Virus record (IMG/VR): IMGVR_UViG_3300046522_000316
Location: 160,001-224,000 of that record
DNA: 64,000 nucleotides
Strand: one strand, 5' to 3'
Source: a virus
Lineage: Duplodnaviria; Caudoviricetes
A model generated the notes under the pieces. It was not told where the DNA came from. It worked only from the letters and a program-made list of their open reading frames with translations, and did no database searches. Position numbers and translations under genes: made by a program. The first letter of the stretch is position 1. Each line of letters begins with the position of its first letter. Positions 58,974 to 64,000 of the stretch are shown here, in pieces.

Positions 58974-59752
58974 GATACTTTCCCCACCAAAGCCATTGCC
59001 AGCTGATCGTTCAGCGATGGCTTATTGCGCAAATTGATTTTGAAATATTTGCGAGTCAATTGCTCAAGGCTCGCCAGTTCCCGCGCCACCGGATCACTCG
59101 AAGTTTGTTGCACGATGCATTCCACTTCTTTGATGGTGGTGATTCCGTATTTGAAAATGTACGGCAGGAAAAGTTTGTACGGGCCGAAGGTGCAAATCGC
59201 TTTCTTGCAAACGGTGCCGGGCACACGTTTTTCCGGCCACGTTTCTTGCAGAACTTTGATCACATCGTCAACGGTTTTTACCTGCTTGTATTCGTGCAGA
59301 TAATCCATTTCGATTACGCCTTCGTCTTCATAGTGCAAACTGAACAGACGATCACCGTTCAACTTCAGCGAAAACGCAGCAGTCCACGGGCTGTCGAAGA
59401 AACGCTTTTTGACAGGGCGGCGATTTTTACGCGGGGGCATCTTTGAGGGCTGCACCGTGTGTACGCCCATTTCGTACAAACGAATTTCAATGGCTTCACA
59501 CAGCGCACCAAACGCAGCAATATCTGCTTTGATTTTATCTGCGTAGGTCAGAACCTGTTTAAGGATTGTGGTGTCCATTGTGCGCGACGTGTACGTGTGT
59601 TCTTTGTCGTTGCATACGACACGCACCCGGCCATCGAAAGTCAGCAACGACACGTCGATGTGATGGAACGCCAAACGATCCCCACGCTGGCGGTGAAAGC
59701 CATACTCAAGCAACTGCGCGATCAGACCGGCGCGTTTTTCTTCCTGACTCAT
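58970..59752 (-). CDS. Hypothetical protein, paralog of 59749
   Basis: VKTVDDVIKVLQ and KAICTF...FLPYIFKYGITTI shared with 59749. Confidence 0.7.
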   Translation of the reverse strand: MSQEEKRAGLIAQLLEYGFHRQRGDRLAFHHIDVSLLTFDGRVRVVCNDKEHTYTSRTMDTTILKQVLTYADKIKADIAAFGALCEAIEIRLYEMGVHTVQPSKMPPRKNRRPVKKRFFDSPWTAAFSLKLNGDRLFSLHYEDEGVIEMDYLHEYKQVKTVDDVIKVLQETWPEKRVPGTVCKKAICTFGPYKLFLPYIFKYGITTIKEVECIVQQTSSDPVARELASLEQLTRKYFKINLRNKPSLNDQLAMALVGKVS

Positions 59753-60597
59753 GCAAACTCCCCTGTACCCGCCATTTTCAATTCAGCAGTTTTCTTTTTG
59801 ATGTATTCGAAGAATTCTTCGGTGGTGATTGCACGACGCAGCTTGATTTCCGTGTAATGCATCGGTTCCGGATAATCCTTCACCAGTTCGTTCAGGTCGG
59901 CGTTTTCCGTCGAGAACCGTTGCACGTTTGCCACGCGGTCGATAACGCTGGTCACGCCATGGGTGAACATGAACGGCACGAAATCTTCGTGAGATTTGAA
60001 CGTGATAATGGATTTGCCTTTGAACACAATGCGTTCGTCGTTGCTCGGCCAGAACTGGTGCGACCGCGAACCTTGCAGAATTTTGATTACTTCGTCAGCG
60101 GTTTCTACGTCGTAATCTTCGAACTGGAGGTTCAACGAGGTTTTGTTTGCTGCCCCGGCATACGCCAGATAAAACAGCGGCTCGGCCTTGTATGCATTCG
60201 TGTAGAAATTGCAGACGTGCGTATCAACTTCGTCGCGTTTCCAGAAACCGATTACGCCGAGTTGTTTTGCACGCGCCAACACATCAGCACGCAGACTGTC
60301 GTAGGCCACCACGGACGCAGCACGCAGCGCCATTTCTTGTTCGATATAGGCCACAATTTCTTCAGCTGGCGTTTCTTGTGGCACCATCGAAAAGTTTTTG
60401 TAAGTGACGATATCAACCGTGATTTCATCGGCTGCAATTCGCACGCATGCGTTGTCGTCGTTTTTCACTTCGTAAAGCATGTCGTCATCGTCAGACCATT
60501 CGGCGCGGACGAACTTGTTTTTCTTCAGGCACGCAGTGAGTGCAGGACGACGGAGGGGTTTCAATTTCTTAGCCATTTTTCTTGCACTCACTTGCAC
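59749..60597 (-). CDS. Hypothetical protein, paralog of 58970
   Basis: VETADEVIKILQ and KSIITF...FVPFMFTHGVTSV. Confidence 0.7.
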   Translation of the reverse strand: MQVSARKMAKKLKPLRRPALTACLKKNKFVRAEWSDDDDMLYEVKNDDNACVRIAADEITVDIVTYKNFSMVPQETPAEEIVAYIEQEMALRAASVVAYDSLRADVLARAKQLGVIGFWKRDEVDTHVCNFYTNAYKAEPLFYLAYAGAANKTSLNLQFEDYDVETADEVIKILQGSRSHQFWPSNDERIVFKGKSIITFKSHEDFVPFMFTHGVTSVIDRVANVQRFSTENADLNELVKDYPEPMHYTEIKLRRAITTEEFFEYIKKKTAELKMAGTGEFA

Positions 60598-61139
60598 ATG
60601 GTTTTGTAGGAAACGGTAGCGGCGTTTTTGCCGTTATCCATAAAGAACGAATACGATTCTGCACTTTCGATACGCGGATTCCAGCGCTTGCTGTCTCCCA
60701 TTTCTTGTTTCTTGCTGGTGCCATCCGGCATGTGGGCCAGAATGGTGATATCGGAATCGGAAGGGTCGATACGCGTTTCTTCTTTTTGCTCAGCAGTATC
60801 GTAAAACTTCCAACCGAGAACCGTGTAGTAGCGATAGGAATAATCGCGGGTGCCTTTCACCGTCCGTTCACCGACTTTGAAAATGCATTGCGACTGGTGC
60901 GAACCGTAGCGATCCCAATCCTGCACAATGTTCGCCCGGTACGTCCAACCCACGGCGCCCGCCAGACCAATTAACCCAAGCAACGCCAGCAGAAAATACA
61001 GACGGAAAACCCATTTCGACCAACGCGCTTTGCGGTCGTACTTCGCTTTGTCTTCGCGATCATTCTGGATAATTTCATCAAGCGCTTGCTCTGCGCGCTC
61101 GGCTGCTTCTGCGTTCAGGTTTTCGTTCAATTGAGTCAT
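60588..61139 (-). CDS. Single-pass membrane protein with a C-terminal soluble domain
   Basis: TM LYFLLALLGLIGLAGAVGWTY; RBS GGGGAAG. Confidence 0.7.
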   Translation of the reverse strand: MTQLNENLNAEAAERAEQALDEIIQNDREDKAKYDRKARWSKWVFRLYFLLALLGLIGLAGAVGWTYRANIVQDWDRYGSHQSQCIFKVGERTVKGTRDYSYRYYTVLGWKFYDTAEQKEETRIDPSDSDITILAHMPDGTSKKQEMGDSKRWNPRIESAESYSFFMDNGKNAATVSYKTMCK

Positions 61140-61181
61140 GTCGATTTCTTCCCCTGTAAAATGAGTGTTCACGGTTAGCCC

Positions 61182-61727
61182 TTAATACTTTTCTGCAAAG
61201 AATGCGATCTTTGCACGGTGCTTTTCGAACAACACCGGGTCAACCGTGTGAACCAGATCCGTGTCCTGAAAAACTTGGGTCTTATCGCATACGAACTTGC
61301 AGCGATTCACCGCCGCAACGTCAGCTGCGCGTGCCCAGTTCAACATCATTTGCACCCGCGTCAAATTCATCAGCGGATGCGTGTACGCCACGTGATAAAC
61401 ATTTCGTACATCGCGTGGAATATGGTTGTAGAGAATCGCCTGACTGGTTCCCTCTACCCAAAACAAATTCGTGGGTTGTTCCATGAATACACGTTGCGTC
61501 AACCACTTCTGTTTTAACACCAGAATTTTCTTGCGCAATTTATGGGTGTATTCCACCACCGCACTGTCACGACCGATAGTAGCCCCATCGACCAACTTTC
61601 TAAGTATCATGCTGGTTTCAGTCATGATAACCCCTTTGCGCGCACAGGCCTTTGCGGTCTTTTTGTTTTCACGCAGGCCGTTAAGCTCCACGGTGAACAA
61701 CAGTGCGCTATCAGTGGTTTCGAACAT
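61182..61727 (-). CDS. Hypothetical protein (181 aa)
   Basis: RBS AAGGA; long ORF. Confidence 0.65.
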   Translation of the reverse strand: MFETTDSALLFTVELNGLRENKKTAKACARKGVIMTETSMILRKLVDGATIGRDSAVVEYTHKLRKKILVLKQKWLTQRVFMEQPTNLFWVEGTSQAILYNHIPRDVRNVYHVAYTHPLMNLTRVQMMLNWARAADVAAVNRCKFVCDKTQVFQDTDLVHTVDPVLFEKHRAKIAFFAEKY

Positions 61728-61750
61728 CGGGATTTTCCTTGTACCCTTGA

Positions 61751-62128
61751 TTATATTTTGCGGCCCACAGTCGTCGGGTCTACGTCATCAGTCAAATACT
61801 GATAAGGCCCCTTCGAATAATGTGGCGCAATACGCTTTTTCTTTTTCTCGGTTTCTTCTTGTGCAATCCGTTCACGCGCCTCCCAGTCGTGCCCCTCTTC
61901 GAGAAAAATTCCTTCCTCGGTCACGGTGATCGACGGCGCGCTCGGGATATGTTTTACATCGCTGGTTCGGTAGTTAACCAAAAGGGATGATCCGTCATCC
62001 TTTTTCTTTTTGTCTTTCGGTAACGAACCATCAGGCAGACGGCCCACTTGTTTTGCAAGCTTCGCCAATTCTGCCTGTTCCCGCGCTTGCTTTTGTTTTC
62101 GCTGCTGTTGCTGTTTGCGGGTCAGCAT
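61751..62128 (-). CDS. Basic phage protein with a conserved-looking C-terminal APxYxKGxYQY...TTVGRK motif
   Basis: Start revised to MLTRKQQQ; the motif resembles tails of T4-like hypothetical proteins. Confidence 0.65.
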   Translation of the reverse strand: MLTRKQQQQRKQKQAREQAELAKLAKQVGRLPDGSLPKDKKKKDDGSSLLVNYRTSDVKHIPSAPSITVTEEGIFLEEGHDWEARERIAQEETEKKKKRIAPHYSKGPYQYLTDDVDPTTVGRKI

Positions 62129-62132
62129 CGGA

Positions 62133-62516
62133 TTATTCCTCTTTCTGTTCCTGTTCCGATTCAGGCTCAACGACAGCGGGTTCACCGACTGGAACACTGG
62201 CGAAAGAATCTTTCACCGCTTCCATTTGTTCCGGTTCGATTTCCTGCGGGGCGCTCAGGTTGTTGAAACCGATTTGCGGATTTTCTTCACCGATGTAATC
62301 GGCGGCGCGCATCAGGATTTCATCCTTCAGGCCACGGCTACCGTATTCACGACCGTTGATGATTTGGGTCAGCTGGCAGGACAGAAACATGTTCTGCACT
62401 ACGCCCACACCAGCAGCAACAATCGGCCACGGGAATTGAACCTGATTCAGATCCACGTCGTTACCGAACATCATCGGCACTTCGGTTTCGTTGATTTTTA
62501 CGATTACATATTTCAT
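62133..62516 (-). CDS. Paralog of 53535 with an acidic tail
   Basis: MKYVIV...VPMMF...IVAAG...C...GSRG.KDE.L. Confidence 0.7.
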   Translation of the reverse strand: MKYVIVKINETEVPMMFGNDVDLNQVQFPWPIVAAGVGVVQNMFLSCQLTQIINGREYGSRGLKDEILMRAADYIGEENPQIGFNNLSAPQEIEPEQMEAVKDSFASVPVGEPAVVEPESEQEQKEE

Positions 62517-62525
62517 GATTTGTTC

Positions 62526-62756
62526 TCAGTGGTGAACTGCGTTTTCCAGAAGATCAGTAATGTCGTCGTAACTGATCAGTGCTTTGTTTTGTTCGATGTT
62601 GAAAGATCCTTCGCTAACCGTTGCGACAATTTCGAAATCGCCGGAAAGTTCGCGTGGAACTGCTGCAACATAGAACTGGCCGTAGCGATGGATATCGCTG
62701 GCTCGCACAGCGGCAAAGCTGTCTTTGTTTCGTGATGCGTAAACCCGAAGGGACAT
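62526..62756 (-). CDS. Hypothetical protein (76 aa)
   Basis: RBS GGAG. Confidence 0.65.
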   Translation of the reverse strand: MSLRVYASRNKDSFAAVRASDIHRYGQFYVAAVPRELSGDFEIVATVSEGSFNIEQNKALISYDDITDLLENAVHH

Positions 62757-62840
62757 AGCAATTTCTCCAAACTAGATCGTCGTCTCATAGATTCCCCTTT
62801 TTTGTTGTGGCTCGGTAAATGTCCCGTGCCGAATGTTGTG

Positions 62841-63293
62841 TTACACGGCTTTCGCTTTTTTGATTTTAGGCAACGGTGCCTGCGTGTCGCTGATCCGGGT
62901 GTACAAATTCCCCTTGGCCGTGCGCTCACAAATAAATTCGTTGTGGTCGCGTACCCACTGCGCAAACGCAGAATGCCAAGCACTGGAAATTTTCAGGGAC
63001 GATAGGCCTTTGTGCGAATGCAGACGGATCATCAAATCGTACAGGTTAAACCGTATACCGATTTTCAGTTTGCGTGCATAAGGAACCAGCGCATCCCACG
63101 TCAAGCTGGCAGTATCAACCGGCTGGCGTTCCTCTTCGCAACAAACGTTCAGGTGCTGTTGCAAAATGCATTCAACGACCTGTTCCAAAGAACGCCCGGA
63201 ACTTTCCGCACATTCGTGAAGCGAACGTACCACACGCGGATCAAGATCCAACGACAGATTTACCGACGTTAATTCCATTTCTTGCCCACTCAT
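62841..63293 (-). CDS. Second ribbon-helix-helix-like DNA-binding protein
   Basis: VNLSLDLDPRVVRSLHECAESSGRSLEQVVECILQQHL. Confidence 0.65.
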   Translation of the reverse strand: MSGQEMELTSVNLSLDLDPRVVRSLHECAESSGRSLEQVVECILQQHLNVCCEEERQPVDTASLTWDALVPYARKLKIGIRFNLYDLMIRLHSHKGLSSLKISSAWHSAFAQWVRDHNEFICERTAKGNLYTRISDTQAPLPKIKKAKAV

Positions 63294-63386
63294 TTTTATT
63301 GCCCCGTTTTTACAGCTGATCCCACTGTGCAAACAGCCGATCCATTTCACCGTTGTGGTTGCCCATGGGCACAGCGGCGCGTTGTT

Positions 63387-63578
63387 TTACGGTTCCTGCT
63401 GCCAATCGGCTTCGATCAGCTGCACTTTGAAGTTGCGCGCCAGTATTCGGCTTTCCGCCAAGGTGAATTGTCGGGCGCGTAGTCTGCTTTTGCATGTGTA
63501 AACCTTGTCTTCGGTAATCTTGAAAATGTAGGAGCCTTCTGAAAGCCTCGCTACATATTTACAGTTTTTGTTGTCCAT
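63387..63578 (-). CDS. Small hypothetical protein (63 aa)
   Basis: RBS AAGGTG; contains the 15-mer motif at 63555-63569 in its first codons. Confidence 0.45.
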   Translation of the reverse strand: MDNKNCKYVARLSEGSYIFKITEDKVYTCKSRLRARQFTLAESRILARNFKVQLIEADWQQEP

Positions 63579-63837
63579 GTTTGCGCACCTTGTGTGCCCA
63601 CAACAACAGCCCCAGCAACGCCACTTGACCGGCCACTGAAATAATCTGAATCATCACGACCAGCCAGCGCTGCGTTGAACCTGCAATCGACAGGTCGTAG
63701 GCCTTGCCGAAAAAGAAATTGCACAGGCCCAAGCACACAACCATGATCGCAATTGCCAGTCGGTTAGACCAGACGGCCCGCGCTTTGCTCTGACGTTCTT
63801 TTTCACGGCGTTGAAGTTCACGATTTAAATCAACCAT
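63559..63837 (-). CDS. Two-TM membrane protein (92 aa)
   Basis: Two hydrophobic segments after a basic N-terminus. Confidence 0.6.
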   Translation of the reverse strand: MVDLNRELQRREKERQSKARAVWSNRLAIAIMVVCLGLCNFFFGKAYDLSIAGSTQRWLVVMIQIISVAGQVALLGLLLWAHKVRKHGQQKL

Positions 63838-64000
63838 TCTTCAGAGCCTCGATGCATGCGATACGTGCGTCAAGCGTGCGCTGCCAGATATGTTCCCCGG
63901 CCTGCGAATGCATAACGGAACTTTTCAGAAAATCAATTTGCATCGGAATGGCATCAATCGGAATGACGCCCATTTCTTCGCACAGGTCGAACATCACATA
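63830..64000 (-). CDS. 3' end of a hypothetical gene (truncated by the right edge)
   Basis: Open frame YVMFDLCEEMGVIPIDA...IEALKNG-stop, overlapping the 63837 start. Confidence 0.55.
   Translation of the reverse strand, partial: YVMFDLCEEMGVIPIDAIPMQIDFLKSSVMHSQAGEHIWQRTLDARIACIEALKNG

Noticed and set aside
61750-61778. Sigma70 promoter (TATAAT on the minus strand) upstream of 61727
   Set aside because: There is no acceptable -35 hexamer at 16-18 bp spacing.
63310-63495. Alternative small ORF (MQKQTT...) about 61 nt downstream of the 63555 motif
   Set aside because: It overlaps 63387-63578, which has the better RBS and more protein-like composition. I cannot exclude it without ribosome profiling.

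Overview
The window is part of a large contractile-tailed dsDNA phage genome (myovirus, jumbo-phage-like) in the standard genetic code. The host is probably a Gram-negative bacterium; an AmrZ-like gene and spanin-like lipoproteins point to Pseudomonas or a related gammaproteobacterium (inference). It has three blocks. (1) 1-4998, minus strand: a nucleotide-metabolism operon running from an insertion-laden thymidylate synthase, through small hypotheticals and a P-loop kinase, to a DHFR cut by the left edge and absent from the ORF track. (2) 5091-43737, plus strand: a T4-like baseplate (PAAR, gp25-, gp6- and gp7-like), then about 25 kb of fibre/appendage genes (four collagen-like proteins, Cys-rich repeat proteins, PA14-like, Calx-beta, LamG/ConA-like and discoidin-like domains), a membrane/periplasmic cassette, a repeat fibre protein and a lysis cassette. 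(3) 43799-64000, minus strand: accessory genes, including a Nudix hydrolase, DUF4326, a YgiB-like lipoprotein paired with a glutathionylspermidine-synthase-like ATP-grasp ligase, an AmrZ-like Arc regulator and several paralog families. A repeated motif, AAAAACTGTAAATAT on the minus strand, looks like a phage-specific promoter. All family assignments come from motif recognition by eye; no database searches were run.
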